DNA of 61,920 nt, counting the filler, from Choristocarpus tenellus KU-1152 (Eukaryota > Protista > Phaeophyceae), in the NCBI GenBank assembly GCA_964200185.2. It is 9 parts of 9 records of this genome, joined end to end, with 100 filler letters (N's around TTAATTAATTAA, not from the genome) between each part and the next. Parts side by side here need not be neighbours in the genome. Positions count along the whole stretch, not along the records: positions 16,164 to 35,159 come from CAXNAD020000499.1; positions 35,260 to 39,527 come from CAXNAD020015380.1; 7 more parts are not named here. One strand, 5' to 3'. The notes beneath the pieces were generated by a model that had not been told where the DNA came from, did no database searches, and was given only the letters and a program-made list of their open reading frames with translations. Every line of letters begins with the position of its first letter. Positions within the stretch are counted from its first letter, which is position 1. Of this stretch, positions 26,701-39,527 are shown piece after piece. Position numbers and translations under genes: made by a program.

Positions 26701-29700
26701 TTAAGTGTGTTTGGCCCAAGCTCCAGCTCCAATCCTAGTCCTATCCTCGACTTTTTGATGAAAAAAAAATGCCTTCGCCCTATATCCTAAATGTAGCAAG
26801 AATGCTCCTAACCTGAAAGTACTCCTTACCTTAAGTTAGAGGTGGCATTGAAGGTTTGTCTTGACCAACGTTTTAGTGGCTCTCCTAAGTAGGTAATGTC
26901 ATTTTGGCATGATCTGTGTCCAATGGTAGTGGTCTGAGGTTGGCAGTCATTAAATAGTATTTTTTTGTTTGTTACAAGAAGTTTTATTTTCAACCCAATT
27001 TCCACAGTGGTATAATTGGTGAGATTGATTTCAACAAGTTCACTCTCCGTGCCTGTGAAAAGTCCTCATGTAGAGGTATACAATTTTTTTTTTTGGTATT
27101 CTGTATGCCGGACTGTCCCTTAGTTGGCAGAGAAATGCAGTGATTGTTGCTTTGTTTGATGTAGGGATGATACCTGGATGAAGGTGTGCTTGGAGGATTG
27201 CGGCAATTGAAAGATTGTAGTCAGATCTTTTTTTGCAAAGGAGCTGATTGCCAATCCCAGTAGAGTCAATCTTCTCGTTAGAGAAATGCTCGAAATCAAG
27301 TGTTGATCAGTTGACACTCGACAGGTTTTTGGCTATGAACTGTGCTTTATCTGCACACTTGTTCTGAATGATGTTTGTGCTTGATTATCTCACACTCTAT
27401 ACAAGTGCTCTATCCTGTCCCTATTCATTTTTCTAAACCTTGCCGCAAGTTTTTATTGTGGATTTTTTTATTATTACTGATGTTTTGTCTGCAGACTTTG
27501 TGCGGGGTGAGAAATAACATTTAACGTTATGTCTAAGAGAGGATAACAAATACAACAACAGAGACTCTTTTTTTAATATCAAATTCCTTTCCTTACATCT
27601 CGTTGCATTATTCAGTTGGTGGACCTTTTGAGGAATCCTTAAATATAGTTTGGCTGTCAACAAGACTTTTTTTGGCAGGGACAAATAGGTCGATTTTTCC
27701 TGTAGACATGTTTTTGGTCGTAGTGGCCAGACCTGCCTTAAGTTGGACAAACATGCCATCTCAAGGGTGGTTAGAACCTGGTTTTTGGTCACAGTTATTG
27801 CAGTTCCTGTGTACTTCCTGCACACTTCGGTGTGCAGCGAAAGCCTATCTCATTCTTTAATTCTTTATGTCAAACCTGAACCACTACACCTCACTGGCGT
27901 AAATGTCAGGGTGGCACCAACGTTCATGGAGTATGTCGCAACATAGATTCGGATGGAGGTATTGATGAAAAGGCTGTGCTTTGATTTTTTAAACCCCTAA
28001 GCAGGGTGAGAGTGACAGGGACATGGTTGATGATGAGCCTGTATTTTCTTGAGTAAATTTTCTTTCTTGAAACAGCCACTTATCTCAGGCAAGATAAAGC
28101 TTTCAGCACTAGGTTGCCTTGGGGGAAAGTGGTACCACTATGGTTAGTAGCAGTCTCCTGTCCAGCGTGGCAAATGTCCAAGGGAATCAGGTGGCAAAGC
28201 AAAACACACACAGTGCTGGACTTGCTAGGTGCAAATAAGATGAATAAAGACGGTGTACCCAAGCAATAAGATGCTGGTGAAGAACGTTTTGGACAGATCT
28301 GAGCAAACGAGGAAAGAGCTGGAGAAGTAGTGTTTCTTGTCAGTAGAAAGGGTGACGAGAAGGGCGTTAGGAAGCAAGCTTTATACCTGCCATATGTTCA
28401 TTGGAAAACCTTGAGATAAAGAGTTGCAAGCTAACCCTAATCACCAATAGCATTATGAAGGCTCTGGAGTTGTATAGTTAGAGGAGCAGAAGGATGGGTT
28501 GAGGCCTTGGCACAGGACCTCAGGGATGTGCTAGTGAAGGTAGTTTGTGTCACAGGCGCTACTACAATTTAAGCTCATGAAGACAAAAGTGAACTATCGG
28601 GAGAGACTGACACAACAGGGCGGTGATGGTGATGAAGGGGCAAGCAGGCCTCCTCTTCCCTACTTTGAAGTGACAACACAGGTTCTTGACTTAGAGGTTG
28701 AGGTCAGAGAGAGATGAGCTAGTAGAGGTAGTTTGTGATACAGGCAACTACTAACATTGAGGCTGGTGAGGAGGCCTGTGAACAATCAGGGGAGACTAAA
28801 ACAACAGGGTGGTGATGGTGGTGGTGATAGTGGAGGGTCATATAGTTTTATTTATCTCACTGATTAGTATGTGGTGCAGGGTAGCTTCTGATATCCTGTA
28901 TCTCCCTCTATCTAGAAGTATTGGTAGTATACAATCATAGACAGTATATGCGATAATAATATTGTATGTGAACAGTAAATCTGGAATACTTTTTCCTTTC
29001 CAAAACGCCATCAATCATCAATTACTCCAGTATACACTTTTTCTCCATCCATGACAACAGCAGAACTTTGATACAGAGTGAAAATACCTCTTATATATGC
29101 TGTGGTGTAGATGGGTATTGGAGAATTCCTTGACTGGTTTATGTTGTGTTTTGGTTTTCCTATTTTATGCTGTAACAGTTACAGCACACTCATCTCATTG
29201 CAAGGACACTTAAGTCATACCTGAGTGCATAATAGCATCGTGAACATGTGGTCATAGCTGGTTTAAGATGCCACTTTTGAGTTGTTAGAGACCTTTCTTA
29301 AACAAACCCATATTTTAAGGTATCTCACATTCCAAATGGCGACACATGTCTTAAAAGGATCCAGTCTTTTTCGATTCTGGACAATCTGTTACTTGATGCC
29401 TTGCCTCAATAGTTTCCTGATCTTGACTGTTCATTATCCTGAGCATGTTTCACAGTTGGAATAATATCATTATTGTCAGCTTCTTGTACTTCTGGCTCTA
29501 ATCCCAATCACTTCTTCGGACCCCCCTCGATACTCATGGCAGGACACCAAGGAAGGAACGGTCTGTTTCGAACTTGATCAAGAAGGATTTGAAGTGAATC
29601 CACTGCGAGGGCTGTCCTATACCTTTGGGGCTTCTGCAGCATCAAAGTTCCTTGCAACCAATGACCTCGATCACCTCCTGAGGGCACATAGTGTGCAGGT

Positions 29701-32700
29701 ACTATTACATTACTACTCCGAGTAGATAGTATGCTTTTTTAGGTCTACATCTTTCGGGAGACTTGCAGCTGTGAGTTGTTATGCACATAGGGTAGCCAGG
29801 CTATTGATGGTTGGTGAGGGAGTCATGTCAAGATTGAGGGGCAGATTAGCAGAGAGTTGTTATTTGCAGGGCAGATTCATCCTATTGAGTGATTGTGATA
29901 CCTGTACATGCCAGCGTATTAGATGTATATCATAACCTGTTCCCAGTCCCTCAACATTGATAATTTTGCTATTGTTCATAATTTACTTGGTATAATTTTC
30001 TGAGGGCGACAAACTCTCCAGCTCCAGGGCTAGTTAAGCTCAGCAATTATGTCCTGTTTGTGTTTATCTTTCCTTGTATCCCCTCAAGAGCATTCTTACC
30101 CCCCCTCCACTACACTGTGCTCATCTCTGTTGTACTCTTGTTTTCTCTCTCCCTTTATCCTTCTATCTCTCTTGAATGTTTAACAGGCACGAGGATTTTT
30201 CCAACACTTTTCCCCAGTAGAAAACAAGACACCTCCATCTCAGATCCCCTTTGCACCTCCTCCAAGTCCTTCATCACCTTCCAAGGACGTCCCTGCATTG
30301 ATCCCTGAGCCTGAACGTGAGCCTGAACCTGAGCTTTACTCCCCTGTAAGATTGACTCATGTCTCCCCCTGTTGTGGGGCAGAGGTCACTCGAGAGGTTG
30401 TCGGCAAAGGGGGTTGTTCTGTTGGGCAACGCCTCGCCATGGTGAGCACAGTGTTCTCAGCTCCAAGATACGGTGGCAGGGAGAATAACCAGGGCGCAGT
30501 TGTGTGTATTGGGGGGGGGAAGTGGGGTGCTGCGCCGGTGACGTACACATTTGATGGGGCCAGTGAAGTTCAAGGACGTCCAAAGGATGGGTAAGAATGA
30601 AATCTTCACACATAGAAGTAAGACTGATCTTGTAGTTGGAAGTAAAGTATATAGAGCTGCAGGTTAGGATAATGCCAAGATAAATATTATAATAATTTGT
30701 TTTTATTGTAGTCACTCAAATAGTGATTGTGATAAGATTAGCGAGAGAGCATTAGTTGTGGGGTAATTACATGATGCCATCAATATTTTACTTCGAGGCC
30801 ATTCTATTGATGGAAGCAGTGAAAGCAAAAATGTTTGGTGTCATAGGTCCAACAGTGAAGCAGTATTTTTTTCAAGGAGCTTTTGCTCTATAGCATTATT
30901 ACTTAGAGTACTTTGCAACATTTATTTTGTGCGCTGGAAGAGTGAGATCTTTCAAAGTGGTGTGGCATGCCATTTGTACAGCTTATGCTTATAACTCGGC
31001 TAATGAGCCAAAGGATCTTAGAAGGTAGAGCCGTTTCCATTTAGGGAGCCAAAATCCAATGCTACGATTTTGATATAATATTGGCCATCGTGTTTGTTAG
31101 GAAGTGTCAATATCCATGTTCTGGACACACCTTTTCATAACACACATTTTATCTACTCCGAAACATTTTGGAATAGGAAAATGTCATTAATAAAACATGG
31201 GAAGCCAAGCCCCAAATGGACAAACAGGGCAAAACTCGTACCCTCTAAGATACTTTCACTCAACAGTAGGATGGCTTGATATGTAATAGCTACTAAGAAA
31301 ATTGAAAGCATACGCACTATTATATACTTTAGTGTGTAAGAATATAAGGTTTCCAGTTTATTGACTTAGGTTTTTAATGTTAATACTATAATGCTGCAGA
31401 CTTAATAGTAAACCCACAGTGTCTCCGTTGCACTCCTTTCGCTTGGCTCTCCCTTTGTGTGGCACTTGTGTGACCATGTTGCCCTGATCGATTATTTGAC
31501 ATTTCTTCTCTTTGTGTTACCCTTTACTTTACCCCTACAGGTTGGTCATAGCAATTAGGGCGATTGAGTGCACATGCCCCTATCTTCCAACTGACTTTGG
31601 GTCTTGGCTGGAAGTGGTTCTGAGGCGTGATCTGAGGAAGAGAGTCCATGCAGCACGAGACCGAGCTGGGGAGGTGACCTTTGATTCACAGGTTAGATGG
31701 TTGAACCTGTGAGGGACTTGGGCTGGCTTACCAGAGTTATTACAGTGTTTTCTTTTGTTCTTACAGATACAATAATTTGGTGGGTAGGCAAGATAGTATG
31801 ATTGAGAGGGTGTATTGGATGTTGCAGGACATAGGTATTTCCTAACTGAAATTAGCTAATACTTCTATTGGTTGGCATGTTGCTCTTGTTTTTCTTCCGG
31901 GTGAGATATTGCTTAGTTGTTACTTGCTGGTGCTAGTTAGATATGAGTTGACACCCTAGTGTATTGTGGTTGGGCTTTGTAAAATGTTAACGTGTATGTA
32001 ACATACATTTGATGGGGTGTAATTGGGGTATTGTCTTGTCCATACTGCAATCCTGGTCAACATATTCTTGGAGTTGTATTAGTAATGATAACTCAGAGTA
32101 TTGCTGCACATTAACTCACTGTTAAATTAACATGTATGCTGTGGGATGCAACATGATCCTGCGTAGTGTATGTTGACCACTACCTGTTGTCTGGAGTGGT
32201 CGTTAGTTGTGTGTTTGTCACATACTAAAAACAATTTGCATTATGATTTTGTAATGCTGGTGTGGAGAATGATCAGTACACAGTCAGCACCTGATTCAGA
32301 AACTGAAATTTACCTAGGTAGCATAATCTGTAGATCTAATTAAAACAGGAATCATGTTACTACGAGTCTAATGGGCTTGTGGCAGACAAAGTTGCATTGG
32401 AGGGCATGTTCACTGAGCTGTACACGTGTCAAAGAGAGCACTCTAACACCATGTGCGCAGTTGCTGTTACACCTGTACAGTGTCCTGCACCAGATAGAGT
32501 TGCCAACAGTTTCTGAAAGGAATACACGTTTGATCTTGCTGATGTTATGGTGTACAAGATGTTTCGTAGACAATTTTGGGACTAGTGGGTCGAGGTTGAT
32601 TGAAGCGAGTCGAGGTTGAGCGATATTTTAACCTAGTCCAGGGCCCCCTTGTTTGCAAGTCTAGTATAGTTTGGTACCAAAGATTACTTTTTGTTTCATG

Positions 32701-33300
32701 TTATGACTAATTTGTTGGCGTTTTTTCGTGTTGATACAGGAATGTGTGGCGATTCGTCGCCTTTTTGCTGCCATGGCTGACCCTTGTGGTCGCTCAAGTG
32801 GTAACACTGATCCTTTACTCATCACACAACCTTCCCTGGCTGAGTTCGATCGGGTGACATTCAAGGGCAAGAGCTGTAACAGGGTCAATGACATCATGGC
32901 AGTGCTTGCCCCTGGAAAGAACCCAAGCTTTGGTGAGATTTTCCCCCCTGTCTTGAGTGGCGTTCAGGATGCCAACATGTAAGAGTAGAACACACGTTTT
33001 TGATGAGGGAAAGGGATCTTCTAGTACTTTTTTGTGCAATCTTCCTTCAGGTTGACTTGTAGTAGTTAGATTTCCTGTCACTTCTGCAGCGCTGGTTGGT
33101 CCTTTTTCGTGAGAATACCTATTGCACATGTGCCGATGGTTCTATGTGTAGATATGTGCATACTTGCTCGCCTCCATTGCAATTGGTAAATCTCATTTTG
33201 AACTGCACCATAACAAAACGACTGTGATCCATTCATTGGCCGGCAGGTGTCACGCCAGGGCAGTTCCTCTTCACAGCAGCTGCTTTCAAGGCTGCATTAG
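17710..33300 (+). CDS. Ser/Thr phosphoprotein phosphatase (PPP family, calcineurin A/PP2B-like); join(17710..18123,18563..18743,19829..20262,21762..21908,22352..22492,23742..23810,24707..24811,25779..25918,26520..26694,29543..29698,30187..30590,31541..31691,32740..32932,33247..>33300)
   Basis: The metallophosphatase motifs GDIHG, LGDYVDRG, LLRGNHEC, FCVHGGLSP, DLLWSDP, RGLSYTFG, LLRAH and TVFSAPRY lie on phase-compatible exons. Spacing and context (RGNHEC..LT...FK.EC..KY; ERREEP; SAP.Y....NN..AV) are closest to calcineurin A. The core exons (21762-30590) are high confidence. The three 5' exons and everything after 32932 rest on splice sites and phase only. Confidence 0.88.
20654..20709 (+). 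repeat. 17-bp tandem repeat x3
   Basis: CTTCAGTCATACTGATC repeated three times. Confidence 0.95.
21581..24460. repeat. Interstitial telomere-type (TTAGGG)n arrays within PPP introns
   Basis: (CCCTAA)n at 21581-21610. (TTAGGG)n at 22731-22765, 22833-22855, 24235-24293 (interspersed with TTGGGG) and 24425-24460. Confidence 0.9.
28520..28823 (+). repeat. Diverged direct repeat (~110-bp unit, ~188-bp period)
   Basis: GCTAGT..AGGTAGTTTGTG..ACAGGC..CTAC...GTGAAC.ATC.GG.GAGACT.A.ACAACAGGG.GGTGATGGTG occurs at ~28530 and ~28718. Confidence 0.75.
31005..31261 (+). mobile_element. MITE-like family A, full copy, in a PPP intron
   Basis: Runs GAGCCAAAGGATCTTAGAAGGTA...TACCCTCTAAGATACTTTCACTC, with the same internal sequence (AAATCCAATG, GACACACCTTTTCATAAC, AAGCCCCAAATGGACAAACAGGG). 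The flanks TAAT/AACA do not match. Confidence 0.85.
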
Positions 33301-35259
33301 GTAATCATGACTATCCAGCAGCTTATTGAGATTTAGTGTTACATATTTGTGATGTATTCTTGTGACCCCTTTCTCATGTCTTCCTTAAGAGGATGATGAG
33401 TTTGTTTAAAAATTCATTGTACAGGATTCACAAAGCTGGCCTGGAGGTTGGATTTTGTAATGGCGATGGTTGTGCCTGAGGGTGGTTGTATGCACGACTG
33501 CCTAATTGATTGTTACCGCATTGTGCAATGTAGCAGTACAAACGTTTTGACAGTATGTATTGCATTGTAGTGGCATCCACCCATAGGGTAGGGTGGCAGA
33601 AATATCGTTGAATCAGAGGGTGAATGCCATTGTTGTATGTTTTTGTTTATTAGAGGGGAAGTACACAGCATTTTGCAGACTATATGCAATTGGTCTTGTT
33701 GTTGCCTGTCACCAGGGATGCTGATTGTTATGGGATATAGACTATGTCGGAGTTGCTCACAAACCCACATCTTCCTGAATTTGACTTGCCTCTCTTTTTG
33801 ACAAGTTCATCATTTGAGGATAGTGGAATGGATCATCATAGATGAGATGTAACCTCTACAACAGTACAGTGTATATTTTTTGTATCCTTGGGTTGCCACA
33901 AGCAGCTGCAGTTGAATCGAACTTGTTGATATCAGCATAATTTGTGGTGCTGCTTGTAAAATGCGTGTGCATTGGACATCTTTTTTGTGCCACAGTTTCT
34001 AGTTCTAGCCCTCTAGTCTGCCTTTTTGTACATTCTTAGACCTGTTGTATCGAGTGTTGAAATTAGTGTGCAGTGATAGCAGTTTTTCGTACATATCTTA
34101 CGCTTGTTCGAGAGTGTAAGAGTCTTGTGTCTGGGTGGGGTGCCCAATATAGTAGGACAACACACATGTGTTGTTGTTGTCTGCTCACTGACCTGGACAT
34201 GGTTTTCCACTGTATTCAAGATACATCTAGACCAGGACATCATCCACACTACCTTGAGTTCATTGAAGATTCCAACTCTACACTTCTGGAGCTTAAAAAA
34301 ACTGCATGCATAATCAAGATTGATAGTAAAGGCTCACACTATCACCCAAGAGAGATTCAAACGTGAGAGTTGCAAGATGGCGAGATACTTATATTTCTAC
34401 CCTTTATTTGACCTTGTTTGTGCTCTATTATGCAGTACGCAATATCTGTATCAATACACGAAATAAAATATGTGTCTTACTTGTTGCATTAATCAGAATT
34501 TCATTTGTGTTGATTAAGCTCTGCTTATAATATTGTAATGCTGTCTTGGAAAAAATGTCCTTTGCTGAAGAACTGTGTTACCTTTGATATTTATCATATG
34601 GAAGTATGCATGTTTGACCGAAAGAGATACCAAGTATGTATCGAGAAGGGTTAGGGTAAAGATGTTCAAAATTGCTAAATCCTAACCAATGGTACTTAAG
34701 GAGTGACATCCCCAAGGAAGTTTCAAGAAAACATAATTTCACACCTAGTATGTGGTCAGCAACAACAGCACACCAAGTTGAGGGATGAGGAGGAACCTGT
34801 AGGAGGACTTGAAAAAAGGTTGATGCAATGGACGTTACAGCTGGAGGAGAGAGGCCGGACCAATCCATGCTGACCTTTTATCATAGGTTTGAGGCCATTT
34901 TTTGCTTTTGTTGTTGCCCAGAAGTGATGCCCAGAAATTCCAAAAACGCCCATCCCTAAAGTCCCAGTTTTCGTGTACTCAATGCCGATTCTCGATTTGA
35001 AATCAAAATACTTCACATGGGTATAATGTATGGTTTTTGTAGTGGACTAGCTAGCGATCAAAAGTCGGAACTTCACATACTCAACTTTCAAATGTGAGAG
35101 TTTATGAAGTAAACTGAGTTTTGTGGGCGGGAGAATTCTGGTTGGCTGGGGGCACAGGANNNNNNNNNNNNNNNNNNNNNNNNNNNNNNNNNNNNNNNNN
35201 NNNTTAATTAATTAANNNNNNNNNNNNNNNNNNNNNNNNNNNNNNNNNNNNNNNNNNNN

Positions 35260-35297
35260 ATGGTGTAGACCCCCCCCCCTCCCAGATACTTTGGGTC
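35260..35297 (+). mobile_element. Family B right terminus at contig start
   Basis: TGGTGTAGA-Cn-TCCCAGATACTTTGGGTC. Confidence 0.7.
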
Positions 35298-35435
35298 AAA
35301 TGTAAAATGTTTGGCACAACATGACCCTGCTTGTGTAGAAACTGTTCATTTAATTAGCTTCCAATTGCTATGGCATTCACCAATGGATGAATACATTCAC
35401 TTTTTGTGTTAATTGTGGAATGCATATTGGCTTTA

Positions 35436-35788
35436 GAGTGAAAGTATCTTAGAGGGTACGAGTTTTTCCCTGTTTGTCCATTTGGGGCTTGGCATCCCAC
35501 AGGTTTTTTATGGCATTTTGTCTTCTCCAAAATGTTTCGGAATATGTAAAATTTATAGGTTACAAAAAGGTGTGTCCGGAAAAAGGATATTGGCACCTTC
35601 TAACAAACATGATACCTCATCCTAGGGGGTCTGAATATAGCAATCAGAGAGATCCACCCACCCATCAGATACTAGGTCGTGTAGGAAACTGTGACCCACG
35701 GTTAGGCTAAGGTGTCAAAGTATCTTAGATGGTAGAGCCGGGTCCATTTGGATGCCAAAATCCAATGTTGCAATTTGATACAATTTGG
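35436..35788 (-). mobile_element. MITE-like family A copy split by a local inversion
   Basis: 35436-35614 is the right-hand ~180 bp in minus orientation. 35712-35788 is the missing left-hand ~77 bp in plus orientation. Confidence 0.8.
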
Positions 35789-36373
35789 AGTTACCGGAAG
35801 GGGAACATGAAGCTTGATGTCTGTCCCACTGTGGATGAAGGATGCTGCTCCTGCATCACTCCTGGCATTGAACCTTGTCCACTAACATCATAGACCCAAT
35901 CACCAAGTTCCGGATGACTGAGAATGATCTCTGTAGACTCTTCTTGTCCAAGGGAGGATGGGACATACACAACCTGCGATACATTGCATTATTCTCATAT
36001 GAGACTGTACTTCCATTATTGCTTTGCCCATGAGTGCCTTCGAGGACATTTTGTGACTAGAAAAAGTCACATGACTCCGGCAGAGTCCCATTTGAACTGG
36101 ACAGTCACTTTGCCCAGCAGTGATACGAAATTGTGGCCAATTCTACATAAATTTGTATTGTATAGACAAGATGAACAATATTATTTTGTGTCAAATATTT
36201 GAAACTCCGTATGGAGTGGGCACATATTATTTTCCTTCCTAGGAGCTACTAGATATTTTTTGAGATAGGTGTTGATGCAGCAATCATGGACGGTTAAATT
36301 GCACAGAGAGAATACAAGGAAGAACAGTGACACAAAAACTGCATTCTCTGATCAATAGTATGTTGTGAAATAC

Positions 36374-38546
36374 CTGGAATGAGCTTGTGCCGTATGGTGC
36401 AATCGGGATCTGAGATGGCTCAACTGAGAAGTTACGGTTGTTTGAAGACTGAATGTAGAGAGAAGCAAAGAAAAACGTGGGATTGTTGTTTGTTAGATAC
36501 GCTTAGGTGTGGATAGCAAGAATGCCTAGTTGTTTCAGTATATCCCTAACTTGGTTATCGTTTGGGCTGAGCTACACAGAAGCAATGAAATCAAGCAATA
36601 CACCTCTATCCATAACTGTGCATCGCTCTTTTTCTGACAATCTTATTTCCAGCGAACAATAGAAAATAGTACAGTTATCATCAGAACAGGTGCCTACTCA
36701 CCACGCCAGTTATTGTCTGCTCATGAACTCCCTAACCCAAGCCCGACTGCTTACTTCTGCATGCTGTTTGCTTTGTTCTGCTGTGGAGCTCTAGAGTCAA
36801 GCAATTTACAGAAAGAGATTGTTGCTTATGCTCTACCTCTTGACTCACTTCCAAATGCGTATTCCAACACTTACTGCTGTAGATAGCACGACTTCTTGTC
36901 CCATAGGGTTATCAATCGACAGCTCCACAGCTTCCCTAGCCCCAACAGGACAGTAAATGGTGTCCAGGCGAATTGAAGGAGCAGGGTCTGCACGTAGGTT
37001 GAGGCGATACCAAAACTCTCCCACTGCATCTGCCACAAAGGTTACCCTTCCACTGTGGGACTGAACGCGCATTGGGGAGTAGTATAGGGTATATGTGGCA
37101 CTCTCCAAGGGACCCAAGGGGAACGTGTTGTCTCCTAGTAGTCCTTCCCCCTTGTAGAATTTACAATAGTGATGGAATAAGAAGCAACCATGGTTGGGGT
37201 GGACAGGAACAGAGATCAGATAAGAGGTGGCATTGAGGGCCAGTATCCCTTTGATATGTACACAAGCTATGCCTGAATCAAACGTGGAAAAAAGGTATCA
37301 TGATTCTTTTACTTCCACCATTGCTGGAAATATACATGTGACCTAATCTAGCTTGAAAGTGCCTAAGCTGTGAACTACCAAAGTATGGGGAGAGAGACAG
37401 CTGGGAGGACATTGAGCAAGGTTTCTTACAGGTTTATGCCTGTCATTAAATATCCAACGAGGAAGATCCCCAAAAAAGGCTCAACATAACGGATTAGACC
37501 ATACCCGCAGTGAATGGAGACGTTAGAGGGAGATCAAATGAATAATGTGACCGTGCTGTTCTTGAATGATGTAATTCAGAAGGACTTTGAACACTCTTTC
37601 CTGGTAACTTTCAAGACAATGAAAAGGGATGATAATATTGGATGAAAGAGCAAATCGGCCCCCTGGAGCTGGAAAGTTACAGTATTTTTTTTTAGATATA
37701 CTGGTATGGGAACATAGTTTCACCTGAAGAGACACTTGGAACAACAGATCCTCGTTCAAGGGATTTGCAAGACATATCTCCACACTCACGGCCTGCCTTA
37801 AAACAGTATTGATAGCAATGATATCCTCCTCTAAAGGGTTGGTTACTTGCACCTGTTGAGGTAAAATACAGTTGAGTTATGGGAGAGTGGAACATAAACC
37901 GTGTTGGTCAGAGTACTTTGACAGTAGAGAGAATACTGCTATAGTGTAAGCGGTGAAATCCCGATCATGAGTGAAGAAGGGCATCCTACATGAGGTATCA
38001 TTTCATGTAGAGTTGTGATGTTAGTTGTGCAATATGATCTAGCTTGATGTGCTGTGGTGCAAGCGTTTTCGAGCCATGAATATGAGTAGGTCAAGGTCTA
38101 AAAACAAGCAAATTTGGTCGATGGTATGAGATAATATTCAGTTTTCTGTGTGATGTGCAGAAGATAAAGGTTTGATGCAGGCCTTTTACAGTAGCGAAAT
38201 ACAAGAGCTGTTCCCATTAATACATTCTTGCGCGCATCTGTCTCATCACACCATATATACTCAAATGATATGATATAATCCTGGTATTCGTAAGGGTGCA
38301 ATGGATCTCTACCAGAAAAGTTGTTTACAGATTTCCTCCTTGCTTCTTCAGTTCGAAAAAGTCTCACCTCAACTGTGAACCACGTCACAACACCTTCAGG
38401 AGCAGTGAATGTTATAGACCCTGTAAACACACCTCCAATTTGAGGGCACAAGGACAGCTTATATGCTGCTTCTGCCTTTGGCGGGACTGTTATGTTTGGA
38501 TCTCCACTCACACCTGGTAGATCGCTCTCAACTGAGAAGACTACCT
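36374..38546 (-). CDS. CFAP47: CFAP47-like cilia/flagella protein, internal fragment; complement(join(36374..36448,36875..37150,37724..37852,38368..38546))
   Basis: Four exons with GT/AG sites join in phase 0: ...FSVESDLPGVSGDPNITVPPKAEAAYKLSLCPQIGGVFTGSITF.../VQVTNP..RQAVSVEICLANPLNEDLLFQVSLQ/GEGLLGDNTFPLGPLESATYTLYYSP..GRVTF...VGEFWYRLNL.../SSNNRNFSVEPSQIPIAPYG. These are repeated Ig-like (ASH-type) units, recognised from memory as the C-terminal region of CFAP47. Confidence 0.75.
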
Positions 38547-39421
38547 CTAATTGCAGAGAAGCATGGCAGTGCAGTTCCATCTTGTCAGTTTAAAATAGAT
38601 GCGCTAGGAAAATGTAAGGGTTGCAAAATAGAATAGACACTTGTTGCAAAGACAAATGGCTAATACCATTATGAATGGGAGAATGCATGATTCTTGTGAG
38701 CAGTATGGCTGTCTTTAGGGGAGCGTAGACAAGCGCCAATTTAGTCAAGACTCACCTTGCCAAGCACGAATACTAGCATCAACCAATCAAGAGTGATAAA
38801 AAAAAAATAACTGGATCTCCATTTCGCCCACCCTAACAATATGCTGACTCATATCTTGGGCCATTGACAAACAAGTGGCAGGTAGCCCTTTTGATCATAA
38901 TTTCATGCACTGCCCAATCCACTTGCCATTGATCGCAATCTTAGGTACTTGCAACACTTCAAAATGGGTCTTATAGCACTGGATTGACAGAGTGGGAAGT
39001 TTTCTTCAAGTTCTGTGGTTGAACATGTCTATCATCGAGGTGTGTTGGGTCCAACTTGTGTCATTGGGAACTTGTGTCATTGGTCCAACTCACAAATTAC
39101 TCCGCGCTTACACTCCAAGAGAGTGCAACAGAAAAAACGTGCAAATACTACTAGCTTTCTCCTCGGAATTCTGCATTGCTCCCAACAATAGCACTGCATT
39201 CTGGCATCATTCCTCTTCAGGCAAAGAAATGTCTCTTGTGACATGATTGCATGGGAGCTGGCGGTTGTGGAAATGATTATAATGGCAGCGCTCTTGCGAT
39301 GTACTGATATAACAATGCGTTTGAAAAGAGAGGTAAACTTATGGCACATTCATGTGGTTGTGTTGTCTGGTTGGGGGAAAGATACTTGCCTGCTTACCAC
39401 GCCCAAGGCCCCATGGATTTA

Positions 39422-39527
39422 AGGCCAAAGGTATATGGGGGGGGGGGGGGGGCTGACTGTCCCCCCAGGGCCCATTTTTCCATGTCGCGAATTTTGGGCA
39501 ATTTGGTTGCATGCGCTGGATGGATAA
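39422..39527 (+). mobile_element. Family B left half at contig end
   Basis: GGCCAAAGGTATAT-Gn-CTGACTGTCC...CCATTTTTCCATGTCGCGA...ATTTGGTTGCAT aligns to 50045-50145. Confidence 0.75.

Noticed and set aside
1-33300. Apparent phosphatase cluster (PP2C next to PPP)
   Set aside because: The genes lie on different contigs separated by an artificial spacer, so there is no evidence of linkage.
34578-35016. Minus-strand ORFs near the end of contig 2
   Set aside because: No recognisable motifs or supporting splice structure.
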